In this document: positions 12,096 through 25,062 of the stretch, one piece after another | Layout of the letters: every line of letters starts with the position of its first letter | Numbering within the stretch: position 1 is the first letter of the stretch | Assembly: GCF_004010195.1 (NCBI RefSeq) | Contig: NC_057718.1 | Span: forward strand, 85,495,625 to 85,559,624 | Length of the DNA: 64,000 nucleotides | Source of the DNA: Chiloscyllium plagiosum | Lineage: Eukaryota | Direction: 5' to 3' | Made by a program: the position numbers and the translations under genes | Notes under the pieces: model-generated | What the model saw: the letters and a program-made list of their open reading frames with translations, nothing else | The model's database searches: none | What the model was told of the DNA's origin: nothing

Positions 12096-13073
12096 TAAAG
12101 CCCCCATGTTAATCTCCGCGCCCACATCGATCTCCGCCCCCCCCATGACCAACTCCGCGCCCACGACCAACTCCGCCCCCACGACTAACTCCGCCCCCAC
12201 TTCCAGCTCCAGCCCTACACCAGGTCCTAGCTCCCAGTCCTGCCGTATTTTCACTATTCCTCCAGACCTCCCCCTCTCTAAAGATGAACGATTAGTCCTC
12301 AGCAGAGGCCTCACTCGATCAATGAGTTCGACACGCGGCTAGATATCGAGCATTTCTTCCGCTGCCTTCACCTCCGCGCCTACTTCTTCAATCACTCCTC
12401 CTACCGTCCCCTTGACCATGACCATCCATAACCTCATCACCTCAGGGGATCTCCCATCCACCGCCTCCAACCTCATAGTCCCACAACCCCGCACCGCCCG
12501 TTTCTACCTCCTGCCCAAAATGCACGAACCCGACTGCCCCGGCCGACCCATTGTCTCAGCTTGCTCCTGCACCACCGAACTCATCTCTGCATACCTTGAC
12601 ACTGTCCTGTCCCCCTTAGTCCAAGAACTCCCCACTTACGTTCGGGATACCACCCACGCCCTCCACCTCCTCCATGATTTTTGCTTCCCCGGCCCCCAAT
12701 ATCTTATCTTCAAGATGGACATCCAGTTCCTATACACTTCCATCCGCCATCACAAAGGCCTCCAAGTCCTCTGATTCTTCCTCTCCAGCCGACCCAACCA
12801 GTACCCTTCAACTGACACCTCCGACTGACTCAACTGGTCCTCACTCTCAACAACTTCTCCTTCCAATCCTCCCACTTCCTCCAAACCAAAGAAGTAGCCA
12901 TGGGCACCCGCACGGGCCCCAGCTATGCCTGCCTCTTTGTCGGACATGTGGAACAGTCCATCTTCCACAGCTACACTGGCACCACCCCCACCTTTTCCTC
13001 CGCTACATTGATGATTGTATTTGCGCTACCTTGTGCTCCCACGAGAAGGTTGAACAGTTCATCCACTTTACTA
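12096..13073 (+). mobile_element. Penelope-like retroelement RT, frameshifted, cut by gap
   Basis: RTARFYLLPKMH..PGRPIVS, MDIQFLYTSI, AMGTRTGPSYACLFVG, FLRYIDD. ~18-bp tandem repeats at 12100-12200. Confidence 0.9.
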
Positions 13074-13573
13074 NNNNNNNNNNNNNNNNNNNNNNNNNNN
13101 NNNNNNNNNNNNNNNNNNNNNNNNNNNNNNNNNNNNNNNNNNNNNNNNNNNNNNNNNNNNNNNNNNNNNNNNNNNNNNNNNNNNNNNNNNNNNNNNNNNN
13201 NNNNNNNNNNNNNNNNNNNNNNNNNNNNNNNNNNNNNNNNNNNNNNNNNNNNNNNNNNNNNNNNNNNNNNNNNNNNNNNNNNNNNNNNNNNNNNNNNNNN
13301 NNNNNNNNNNNNNNNNNNNNNNNNNNNNNNNNNNNNNNNNNNNNNNNNNNNNNNNNNNNNNNNNNNNNNNNNNNNNNNNNNNNNNNNNNNNNNNNNNNNN
13401 NNNNNNNNNNNNNNNNNNNNNNNNNNNNNNNNNNNNNNNNNNNNNNNNNNNNNNNNNNNNNNNNNNNNNNNNNNNNNNNNNNNNNNNNNNNNNNNNNNNN
13501 NNNNNNNNNNNNNNNNNNNNNNNNNNNNNNNNNNNNNNNNNNNNNNNNNNNNNNNNNNNNNNNNNNNNNNNNN
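13074..13573. other. Assembly gap of exactly 500 N (probable fixed-length scaffold join)
   Basis: Round length, unlike the other gaps (1455-2210, 23677-24308, 43020-43788, 45674-45798, 55059-55424). Flanks are unrelated sequences. Confidence 0.85.
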
Positions 13574-14540
13574 CCACAGATTTTCCACGTGCCATACTGT
13601 TAGATCAAATGGTTGGAATTCTCAAATGATACCTTGATAATCATATGGCCCAAAGAACTAGTCATTAATTTCCTCTTCCTGCTTCAAATTACAGTACTAA
13701 TGTTTAATGCTTTGGTGTATGATATTCTTCATGTCTGCCTAAGCATGACAATATTCCTGTTCCCTGCAGCTGACATCATGTATATGTTATTTATTTTAAT
13801 TAAGTTAAAAACAGTATTTCTTGTTAACTGTATTTCTCACCAATCTGCAATAACTATTGCAGAAAGTGTTTTATAATATTGTCCTTTGTCCTTCCCTTTG
13901 TTATCTTTTCCAAAAATGTCTATTAAAGGGTGTGGCTTGTGTTCAGACTTAACTCTGAAATTCTTATCCGATCAAACACAAAAGATGACTTCTGCCTTTC
14001 CACTGAGCAGAAAAGAACAACAAACCTTACTTCCCAACAAACACAGTACAGTCCAATAAATATTTTTATACAATATGTTGTACTATTAAACAGATGCTTC
14101 TCCCTATCCTAATGTAAAATATATTTTAATGTTCCCCATTAACTAAGTACCTTTCATGACACGAGAATTGGTGGAGAAAATGGGAAATAATCTTTCAAAA
14201 ATAGAGGCTAATTTCTTAAACAATGCCTGAAGGATTTAGGTTAGAACAGGGGAATGGGTTCAGACACTTCTTTTTTCTCCTGAGGGCTCCTTGTGAAGAC
14301 AACTTTTGGATTTTCAATGGCTACTGCTATCATTCTCAGTAACTCACTTATTAGATGATTCAGTTACATTGTAATGCTACTTTCCCTCTTGTGGTGCTGT
14401 GGTAGCGTCCCTGCCCCTGGACCAGAGAGGACTTAGTTCAAGTCACACCTGCTCCAAGGGTGTGGAATAATAACTCTGAACAGGTTGATTAGAAATATAG
14501 ATTAAAACAATGTCACACCACTTTCTGTATTTGTCTTGGT

Positions 14541-14740
14541 ATATGCGGCATTTGGACTCACACAGAAGCAGGATTAAAGGAATACATCAAGATTGTGAGC
14601 AACAATCAGCCCTCCATGAAATTTAAAGCCACAACACAGACAGAAAGCATTATTTTCCTAGACACCATTTGCATAAAATAACAGGTACAAGTTTGCAACA
14701 GAAGCTTATTTTCTAAATAACTGACATAATTCAACACACC
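14541..14740 (+). mobile_element. Ancient AT-rich Penelope-like RT fragment
   Basis: Translates ICGIWTHTEAGLKEYIKIVSNNQPSMKFKATTQTESIIFLDT, resembling the segment just after YxDD in Penelope RTs. Confidence 0.6.
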
Positions 14741-15964
14741 TTCTCGAATGGTAAGGTCACAGCCAATGCCATTCTGTATTCATAAATCTGAAATATTTAC
14801 GCCAAGCAGTACCCTTCCTTTTCCTGCATCTCAGATCTTAATCTCAGATGTAAATTTAATAGCTGACACAGTTTTCATTCATTACAACAACATCCACTCC
14901 ACTTTTCTAATATACCAGCTCCTGAACATATGCATTAAGTTAGAGATTCCCCGTTCATTTGTATGTAATTTGTTATTTCAGTGATTTCAAGTTTTCCCAG
15001 CTACTAGTTAGGTGAATGTTCCTTTGTTGACAAATTTGAAACTGTTCTTTCTTGTTTGAGGCCTTTGTCTCTCTCCTTGACCCCCTTGCAGCCTTCCCCT
15101 CTCCCACTTGCTGTCTCTCTCTCTCTCTCTCTATCCTGCATTCTTTGTTGCCTTCCTTTCACTCTCATTTGCAGTTTCTTTCTCTCTCAACTTTCCTTGC
15201 TGTCTCCCCTTTCTCCTACAATGCCGCTGCGACCTCCCTCTCCCACCAAACTCCACTTTATTGCTTCTCTCTCTATCTCACATGTACTTGTGGCATCCCT
15301 CTCTCTTCCACAAGCACTGTGGCCTCACTTCTCTATTGCAGTCTTTCTGTAATCCCATAGCCCACTTGTGGCCTCTTTCTCCCACCACATCCCCAATAAG
15401 ACTGATGCACCTGACTCTTGGTTCCAGTCTCCCTTGATGCTTCCCTTTCTCTCTGAAGCTGCTTGCTGCCTCCCTCTCTACAGGCTCAACCTCAGACCCT
15501 TCTCCACTCAAATTGGCTCACCCCTCCATATTTCCATGGCTGCTGGCCCAGAGTTCCTTGGGGCTTTTCCGAGCTGCTGAATGCTCTCCAATCCTGTTTC
15601 CTGTTAATAGGTTCACTAGTGAACTTATCAACAGTGGACACAAGAGGGTTGCCAAACTGAGAGTGAAGGAGCAGCTCTCACCATTTCCTTCCATTTCTAT
15701 TTAGAGAGAGACTTCTGTCTAGTTGCCTCCGTGAATGAATTTTCTCATTCCTGAATTAGTTAAGTAAAATATCTGACTTTTAAGTCCTAATGAACCCTCT
15801 ATTGGAACATCATTAAAACCTTTTGGTATGGTGATCATCTTCTTAATATACAAAGGAAGAATGAAAGCATTGCTACGTGTGACTATTCATTAAGAACTTG
15901 GAAAGTATGAGATTTGTAGAATGTAAAATGTTTGTTATTGTGTCACCTAAAATAAATGCATAAG

Positions 15965-17886
15965 AAACAAACGACAGACAAAAGTAGACACTGGGCCACT
16001 TCAAACTGATGCTGTAAGGCTAGTGATGGGAGATAAGGAAATAGCTGGAGAACTTAATAAGTACTTTGCGTCAGTCTTCACAGTGGAAGACATGAGTAAT
16101 ATCCCAATAATTAAAGGGAGTCAGGGGGCTGAGTTGAGTATGGTTGCCATTACAAAAGAGAAAGTGCTAGAAAAGCTAAAAGGTCTTAAAATTGATAAAT
16201 CTCCTGGCCCTGATGGGCTACATCCTAGAGTTCTGAGGGAGGTGGCTGAGGAAATAGCAGAGGCGTTGGTTGTGATCTTTCAAAAGTCACTGGAGTCAGG
16301 GAAAGTCCCGTATGATTGGAAGATCGCTGTTGTAACCCCCTTGTTCAAGAAAGGATCAAGACAAAAGATGGAAAATTATAGGCCAATTAGCCTAACCTCG
16401 GTTGTTGATAAAATTCTAGAATCCATCATTAAGGATGAGGTCTCTGAATTCTTGGAAGAGCATAGTCTGATTAGAACTAGTCAACATGGATTTAGTAGGG
16501 GGAGGTCGTACCTGACAAACCTGTTGGAGTTCTTTGAAGAGGTGACAAGTAGGTTAGACCAGGGAAACCCAGTGGATGTGGTCTATCTGGACTTCCAAAA
16601 GGCCTTTGATAAAGTGCCACACGGGAGGCTACTGAGAAAGGTGAGGGAATGGCGTTCGAGGTGAGCTACTGGTATGGATTGAGGATTGGCTGTCTGACAG
16701 AAGGTAGGGAGTTGGGATAAAAGGTTCTTTTTTGGAATGGCAGCCGGTGACAAGCGGTGTCGCGCAGGGCTCAGTGTTGGGACCGCAGCTGTTCATGTTA
16801 TATATTAATGAGCTGGATGAAGGGACTGGGGGCATTCTAGCGAAGTTTGCCGATGATACAAAGTTAGGTGGACAGGCAGGTAGTACTGAGGAAGTGGGGA
16901 GGCTGCAGAGGGATCTAGACAGTTTGGGAGAGTGGTCCAGGAAATGGCTGATGGAATTCAATGTGAGCAAATGCGAGGTCGTGCACTTTGGAAAAAAGAA
17001 TACACGCATGGACTACTTTATAAACGGTGAGAAAATTTGTAAAGCCAAAGTACAAAGGGATCTGAGAGTGCAAGTCGAGGATTCTCTAAAGGTAAACATG
17101 CAGGTTGAGTCTGTGATTAAGAAAGCGAATGCAATGTTGTAATTTATCTCAAGGGGGTTGGAATATAAAAGCACCGTTGTGCTACTGAGACTTTATAAAG
17201 CTCTGGTTAGGCCCCATTTGGAGTACTGTGTCCAGTTTTGGTCCCCACACCTCAGGAGGGACATACTGGGTGGCATGGTGGCACAGTGGTTAGCACTGCT
17301 GCCTCACAGCGCCTGAGACCCGGGTTCAATTCCCGCCTCAGGCGACTGACTGTGTGGAGTTTGCATGTTCTCCCCGTGTCTGCGTGGGTTTCCTCCGGGT
17401 GCTCCGGTTTCCTCCCAAAGTCCAAAGATGTGCAGGTCAGGTGAATTGGCCATGCTAAATTGCCCGTAGTGTTAGGTTAGGGGAATGGGTGGGTTGTGCT
17501 TCGGCGGGTCGGTGTGGACTTGTTGGGCCGAAGGGCCTGTTTCCACACTGTAATGTAATCTAAAAAAAAATCTAATCTAATACTGGCACTGGAGCATCTC
17601 CAGCGGAGATTCACACGGATGATCCCTGGAATGGTAGGTCTAACATACGAGGAACGGCTGAGGATCCTGGGATTGTATTCATTGGAGTTTAGCAGAGTGC
17701 AGTGGAGGCCGGGACGCCAAGTGTCTTCAAGGCAGAGATTGATAAATTCTTGATGTCACAAGGAATTAAGGGCTACAGGGAGAATGCGGGTAAGTGGAGT
17801 TGAAATGCCCATCAGCCATGATTGAATGGTGGAGTGGACTCGATGGGCCGAATGGCCTTACTTCCACTCCTATGTCTTATGGTCTT
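15965..17886 (+). mobile_element. CR1-type LINE, 5'-truncated ORF2 (RT) with deletions
   Basis: KSPGPDGLHPRVL, NYRPISLTS, YLDFQKAFDKVPH, QGSVLGP, KFADDTK. Tail cctatgtcttatggtctt. Confidence 0.92.
17270..17579 (+). mobile_element. HE1/V-SINE-type SINE nested in CR1
   Basis: TSD atactgg at 17263-17269 and 17580-17586; A/B boxes; AATCT tail. Confidence 0.92.
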
Positions 17887-19004
17887 AAATAACTACATCA
17901 TATATGTAATCTGTGATTTGCAGATATTGTAGGACCAGGTCATGAAAGAATGAGAAGGCATGGGAGAGAGGGGTAGGAGGGGCATATCTTAACATGAGGG
18001 ATATTGATGGGCTATTGGAGATGTTTTGGGGAACATTAAGTTTTCTGGAGTGTGGGAGTGTGTGGGGAACAAAAGGTCTGAGTGCAAGTTTATTTTCAAA
18101 CATCTTGGGACAAATTCCCACAGAGGTGGACCTTTTAAACAGCCTGCCTCCATGGCTGGCAGGTGCTGTTGCTGCATTTGAACTTTGGCTGGGAGCATTT
18201 AGCTTAACCTCAGCCTCTTCCCCTGGCCCTGAAGATCCTGTCTTCGGAGCAGCCATTTTTGAGGCAGTTGAACAAAACTGTGAGTTTTCCTGACTTCTGC
18301 TACATGTCTCGAGAATAAAAACAATAACAAAGTAGTACGATCCCAGAGGTTTTGTTGGAATTGAATGTAATCGCCACGTAACAAGTTATTATGGACATTA
18401 AAGATATTGTCAAATCATAGTAAATGAGGATTATAATGTAAAAGTGACCTTTGGTACTGAGCATGAGAAAAATACCTAAAGTTGGCCTGACAATATAGGT
18501 ATGATTAATAGGAGGAAATAAGATGAAAAAGGATAGTTTGATATTCTCATTGGTCCTTTAATTCCAAGCAGTTGGCACTTTCTACACTCCCTGATGTCCA
18601 TCCCTACACTTGAACTTGTTGTGGCAAATGTATCTGGTATGAATTCTGAGGTCAGGTTTGCCTTATGATATTACAACAAAATAGAGAATGTTACTCTAAT
18701 TGGGAATCACTGCTGTAGCTGACCAGTTAATAGTGTGGTTGAGACAAAGTACGGAATTGTTCCATTTCCAAGACTAGCATCCGTTTCCTTAACATACACA
18801 ACAATATGTACTGAATACTAAGCCCGAGTTCTGTGTAATTTATATACAAGCCATTTGCTGCACAATGAGAAACAACTTGAAGAACAATAATTGCCAGAGA
18901 TGTTACTGGGAAGAGTTATCTCCACTTTGTTACACTTAATGTGTTTCAGGGGAGCTTCCTATCCATTAATGAAAGTTGGCATGATGTTGATTTTTTTTCC
19001 ATTT

Positions 19005-20330
19005 AAAGGTGGATAAATCCCCAGGACCTGATCACGTGTACCCTAGAACTCTGTGGGAAGCTAGAGAAGTGATTGCTGGGCCTCTTGCTGAGAGATTTGT
19101 ATCATTGATAGTCACAGGTGAGGTGCCAGAAGACTGGACGTTGGATAACGTGGTGCCACTGTTTAAGAAGGGTGGTAAGGACAAGCCAGGGAACTATAGA
19201 CCAGTGAGCCTGACGTCGGTGGTGGGCAAGTTGTTGGAGGGAATCCTGAGGGACAGGATGTACAAGTATTTGGAAAGGCAGGGATTGATTAGGCATAGTC
19301 AACATGGCTTTGTGCGTGGGAAATCATGTTTTACAAACTTGATTGAGTTTTTTTGAGGAAGTAATAAAAAGGATTGATGAGGGCAGAGGGGTAGATGGGA
19401 TCTATATGGACTTCAGTAAGGCGTCCAACAAGGTTCACCATGGGAGACTGATTAGCAAGGTTAGATCTCATGGAATACAGGGAGAACTAGCCATTTGGAT
19501 ACAGAACTGGCTCAAAGGTAGAAGACAGAGGGTTGTGGTGGAGGGTTGTTTTTAGACTGGAGGCCTGTGACCAGTGGAGTGCCACAAGGATCGGTGCTGG
19601 GTCCTCTACGTTTTGCCATTTACATAAATGATTTGGATGCGAGCATAAGGGGTACAGTTAGTAAGTTTGCAGATGACACAGTAGAGTCGCAGGTAGATAG
19701 GATAGTGAAGGCGGCATTTGGTATGCTTTCCTTTATCGGTCAGAGTATTGAGAACAGGAGTTGGGAGGTCATGTTGCGGCTGTACAGGACATTGGTTAGG
19801 CCACTGTTGGAATATTGCGTGCAGTTCTGGTCTCCTTCCTATTGGAAAGTTGCTGTGAAACTGGAAAGGGTTCAGAAAAGATTTACAAGGATGTTGCCAG
19901 GGTTGGAGGATTTGAGAGGCTTAACAGGCTGGGACTGTTTTCCTTGGAGTGTTGGAGGCTGAGGGGTGACCTTATAGAGGTTTACAAAATTATGAAGGGC
20001 ATGGATAGGGTAAATAGGCCAAGTCTTTTCCCTGGGGTCGGGGAGTCCAGAACTAGAGGGCATAGGTTTTGGGTGAGAGGGGAAAGACATAAGAGACTTA
20101 AAAGAGGCAACTTTTACACAGAGGGTGGTACGTGTCTGGAATGAGCTGCCAGAAGAAGTGTTGGAGGATAGTACAATTGTAACATTTAAAAGACATCTGG
20201 ATGGGTATATGAATAGGAGGGATATGGGCCTGGTGCTGGCAGGTGGGACTAGATTGGGTGGGATATCTGGTCGGCATGGATGGGTTGGACCGAAGGGTCT
20301 GTTTCCATGCTATACGCCTCTATGACTCTA
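19005..20330 (+). mobile_element. CR1/HER1-type LINE 3' portion
   Basis: [43 protein letters not shown]; internal deletion; ctatgactcta tail. Confidence 0.92.
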
Positions 20331-21667
20331 AATCATTTGCCCTCTCTTGTCACCTTCTGTAGCTTCAACTAATGTTCAACACCTGAACAATATTGTTAAC
20401 CTCTTTAAAAAACTTTACCTAGAAACCAGATAAAAGTCAATTGTTTCTGGACTATACTTTCAATGAAATACAGATTACAATAATCATGTTTAACTTAAAT
20501 ATGTTTCATAAGTGAAATAGTTGTTCTTCCACAAATTATGGATTGAATGATTCTTTGATTGACCAAAAATCTAGGTTGTATGGCATAGTTGCTGAGATAA
20601 AGCCACAAAAAAGACAGTGGACGCTGTCAGTTATAGATTCAACAACAGTGTGTACATACCAGCTATTTTTAAAATAGCTTTTGTTGTTAACTTATCCTGT
20701 TGTTTTGAAAGCCATGGTGTCAGGAAAATTAATGCTTTCCTTGTGTGCTGTGGCATTATGTTTGTGGAGGGGTAATTGATTATTTAGAATGTAGATGAAT
20801 TCTTCTATTTCAGCTTAGTGTGAGTTCAAATACCGAATATGTGAACCCAAATACAGAAGGTAAGGTTATACATTCATTGCATCATCTCTTAATAGATTCA
20901 TAAGAATGAAAAAGAAGCTCCTGAAAACCAAAAGTAGCTGGCAAAAACCAAAATGTCGCCCACAAGAACTTATGTAGCCTTAGACTACAGATTCCATATT
21001 CAGTTGCAAGGGATCATTTCAGGAATTTAAAGTTTTTATGACTCCCACTTCACAGAGTATTTCTTTGTTGACAGGTTTCAAATGATTTTCTCTCCTTTGT
21101 AGTCTTCTCTCTCCTCTTGTTGTAGAGCCCTTCTTCTCACCCCTCCACCACAGCCTTTGCAATCTTCTTTACCTCCCCATCTTTCTTGCAACGTCTTTCG
21201 CCTCTCAACCCTATTTCAGCCTCATCCTTCCCTACACTTCTTGTAGTCATCTCCTTTCCCAGCCCCTTGCAGCCTCCTTCTCCACTCATCCCTCTTGAGG
21301 CCTTCTCCATGCCTCCGCATCCTTTGGTATTCTCTTTCTCCTTCCCAGCCTAAATGTGCAGCCTCCTCCCCTCTTGACAGTCCCTTTATCCTCTAGTAAT
21401 TGACTTCCAACAGCTTTTTTGCACTTTTCTCCTTCACTACCCACAACACCCAAGCTCTTCAGCCCCTCAGACCCCTCTGCAGTATCTTCCACCCTCAACC
21501 CCATCTTGCAGCCTCCTTCTCTAGGTCGATGACCCACTCCCAGCGATGCCAAAAGCTAACTCCTTGGTGAAAGGTTGTTCTAGCACCCCAGACAACTGCT
21601 CTTCATTATTTTCCTAATTGCACTCTGCTCTTTCAATCAAAGGCTGATTCTCATGTTTTTTGATGAT

Positions 21668-22915
21668 GTGGAGGTGCCAGTGTTGGACTGGGGTGGACAA
21701 AGTTAAAAATCACACAATACCAGATTATAGTCCACAGGTTTATTTGGAATTTCAAGCTTTTGGAGCACTGCTCCTTTGTCAGGTAGCTAGTGGGGCAGGA
21801 TCACAGACTACAGAATATATATTAAAAGATCCAAGTGTCATACAACAGGTGGGATGTATTGAACAAACTAGATTGCTGTTAAGTCTTTAATCACTTAGAA
21901 TGGGTTGCAGGTTTCAATTTATTTAATATGTAAATCCCAGAACTTCTTTCAGGTCACATTCCTGAGATAACTTAAGGTTTTAAAAAAAAGTGACAGCTCA
22001 GCTCAGACAGTACATTAAAGGTGTGAGGTTAGAGACTCTGTATTCCAACCTTGAGTCAGATCAGTTCTATTTCCAAAGTAGGAATTTATAAATGACTGAC
22101 TGCCTACAGATTGTGTTCTTTTTGAACAAAATAGAATGTATTGGCAAACATAAATCTGCAAATGCAAATTCACTCCATAGACTTATATGTGTGTGTGAGG
22201 GAGGGGGAGAGAGAGAGAGAGAGAGAGAGAGAGTATGCATGAATGAGATCTTGGGTTCACGTCACACTACAGGTGAACCCACTACACGATACACACCCTT
22301 TCTTACACACAATCATACTCATGTCGACTCTCTCTCATACACATGCACACACCCACACTTCACACTCTCGTGCACACCCAGGGACATATACTCCATCTCT
22401 CTCTCTGACACAAACACACACTCTCTCTCCCCGCCCCCCCCTCAAACACACACACACACACACACAGATAAGTCCATGGGGTGAATTTGTATTTGCAGTT
22501 ACATTCTATTTTGTTCAAAAAGCACACAACCTGTAGGCAGTCAGTTCACATGACAGTTTATAAATTCCTACTTTGGGAACAGAATACAGACTCTAACCTC
22601 ACAATTTTAATGCATTATCTAAGCTGAGATGTCACCTTTTTTTTGAAAACCTTAAGTTATCTTGGGAATGTGACTTGTAAGTAGTTCTGGTATTTACGTA
22701 TTAATGAACTGAAACCTGCAACCCATTCCAAGTGATAAAAGACTTAACAGCAATCTAGGTTTGTTCAATACATCGCATCAGTTGTATGACACTTTGATCT
22801 TTTAGTATAAATTCTGTGTCCTATGATCCTGCCCAATTAGCTACCTGACACAGGAGCAGTGCTCCGAAAGTTTGTACTTCCAAATAAATCTATTGGACGA
22901 TAACCTGGTATTGTA
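21668..22915. mobile_element. Non-autonomous Penelope-derived fold-back element with ~450-bp inverted arms and a microsatellite core
   Basis: ~21710-22180 is inverted at ~22480-22915. (GA)n/(CA)n interior. Flanking tttttgatgat duplication. Decayed hammerhead motifs at ~21762-21790 (-) and ~22841-22875 (+). Confidence 0.8.
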
Positions 22916-23514
22916 TGTTTTTGATGATTGCTTTCCCAAGTGCATCTATCAGTAACAAGCATGGGGGAGACGTAGCCTGTGCTTGGAAGAGCAGTTCCTC
23001 ACAGATTCTATCCTATGTACTTAGAGGGGTAAATTTCTCCCGTTGGTCACCCCTATAATTCAATTTTCCTAGGTGGTTTGGTAGCTTCTGAGGGTGCATT
23101 CACCTACTGCCTTCATGCATTTTGAGCCCTGATGTGCAGGTGAGCATGAAAATCTTGAGGTTGCAGACTTCCATTCCCTGTAGATCACTTTCTTAAATTA
23201 GGTTTTAAAACAATACAATGAAATTTGGTGAACAACAGAAAACTGGCCCAAAAGATTTTAAAATTATAATGGAGCTGATGCTGGTCAATGATTAATTAGT
23301 AGAATTTTAAGCTAAACATGTTGAAATTATTTTGAAACTGTTTTATCAGAAACATTAGCTTCTTGGCTTCTACTTTCATCCTGTGTGTATGGCCTAATCT
23401 TTAATTAGCTCTATGAAGTTTTATTTCTTTTAGTTTCATGTTTGTTTCTGTGAAAAACCTTTCATGTAATTGGTTGCTTGGAAAGCTGAGATATCCCCAA
23501 TGAACAGCACTGCA

Positions 23515-24692
23515 AGCCGATGATACGAAGTTAGGTGGACAGGCAGGTAGTACTGAGGAAGTGGGGAGGCTGCAGAAGGATCTAGACAGTTTGGGAGAGT
23601 GGTCCAGGAAATGGCTGATGAAGTTCAATGTGAGCAAGTGCGAGGTCTTGCACTTTGGAAAAAAGAATACAAGCATNNNNNNNNNNNNNNNNNNNNNNNN
23701 NNNNNNNNNNNNNNNNNNNNNNNNNNNNNNNNNNNNNNNNNNNNNNNNNNNNNNNNNNNNNNNNNNNNNNNNNNNNNNNNNNNNNNNNNNNNNNNNNNNN
23801 NNNNNNNNNNNNNNNNNNNNNNNNNNNNNNNNNNNNNNNNNNNNNNNNNNNNNNNNNNNNNNNNNNNNNNNNNNNNNNNNNNNNNNNNNNNNNNNNNNNN
23901 NNNNNNNNNNNNNNNNNNNNNNNNNNNNNNNNNNNNNNNNNNNNNNNNNNNNNNNNNNNNNNNNNNNNNNNNNNNNNNNNNNNNNNNNNNNNNNNNNNNN
24001 NNNNNNNNNNNNNNNNNNNNNNNNNNNNNNNNNNNNNNNNNNNNNNNNNNNNNNNNNNNNNNNNNNNNNNNNNNNNNNNNNNNNNNNNNNNNNNNNNNNN
24101 NNNNNNNNNNNNNNNNNNNNNNNNNNNNNNNNNNNNNNNNNNNNNNNNNNNNNNNNNNNNNNNNNNNNNNNNNNNNNNNNNNNNNNNNNNNNNNNNNNNN
24201 NNNNNNNNNNNNNNNNNNNNNNNNNNNNNNNNNNNNNNNNNNNNNNNNNNNNNNNNNNNNNNNNNNNNNNNNNNNNNNNNNNNNNNNNNNNNNNNNNNNN
24301 NNNNNNNNTTAAGGGGAGATCTAATCGAAACTTACAAGATAATACATGGCTTGGAAAGGGTGGACACTAGGAAATTGTTTCCGTTAGGCGAGGAGACTAG
24401 GGCCCGTGGGCACAGCCTTAGAATTAGAGGGAGTAAATTCAGAACAGAAATGCGGAGACATTTCTTCAGCCAGAGAGTGGTGGGTCTGTGGAATTCATTG
24501 CCGCGGAGTGCAGTGGAGGCCGGGACGCTAAGTGGCTTCAAGGCAGAGATTGATAAATTCTTGATGTCACAAGGAATTAAGGGCTACGGGGAGAATGCAG
24601 GTAAGTGGAGTTGAAATGCCCATCAGCCATGATTAAATGGCGGAGTGGACTCGATGGGCCGAATGGCCTTACTTCCACTCTTATGTCTTATG
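23515..24692 (+). mobile_element. CR1-type LINE 3' fragment spanning a gap
   Basis: ADDTKLGG..KCEVLHFG before the gap; LRGDLIETYK..FFSQRVV after it; ttatgtcttatg tail. Confidence 0.9.
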
Positions 24693-24943
24693 CAGTATCA
24701 CTGCATAATGATGAGGTTGAATTTCTCGGCAGAGATCTTTTAATTGTCCATTGAGAAGTTGCGTGCAGCCTTGCTTCATTACTGATTGTACACTCCTGGC
24801 CAAAGTTTCTTGATGATTTAGTTGTGGATGTTATTGAAGCCTTGCTTCAATTAACTTTGTTTTCTGGCATTTGGCTTGCATTTTATCGACAGTGTTCTCA
24901 GGCATTTCCTGGTTTCTAAAAGATAACTTGTGTTTTGTTTCAG

Positions 24944-25062
24944 CTGCATTTGCCTTCATTGTTTTGAAAGATACCTGCTCCATTTCTGAACTGGTCATTA
25001 AAGATCTGAAAACAAATGTTGCATCTAAGATTGCTAAATATGCTATTCCTGATCACATTCTG
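24944..25062 (+). CDS. ACSS1: ACSS1 penultimate exon
   Basis: Acceptor tgttttgtttcag|, donor CTG|gtgagt; 119 nt. Encodes AAFAFIVLKD..LKTNVASKIAKYAIPDHIL, matching ACSS1. Confidence 0.93.

Noticed and set aside
12100..12215. 18-bp tandem repeats, superficially CRISPR-like or a mucin-like ORF
   Set aside because: No unique spacers, eukaryotic context; part of the Penelope element.
15052..15704. Cluster of Ser/Leu/Pro-rich ORFs
   Set aside because: Produced by C/T low complexity, which lacks stop codons.
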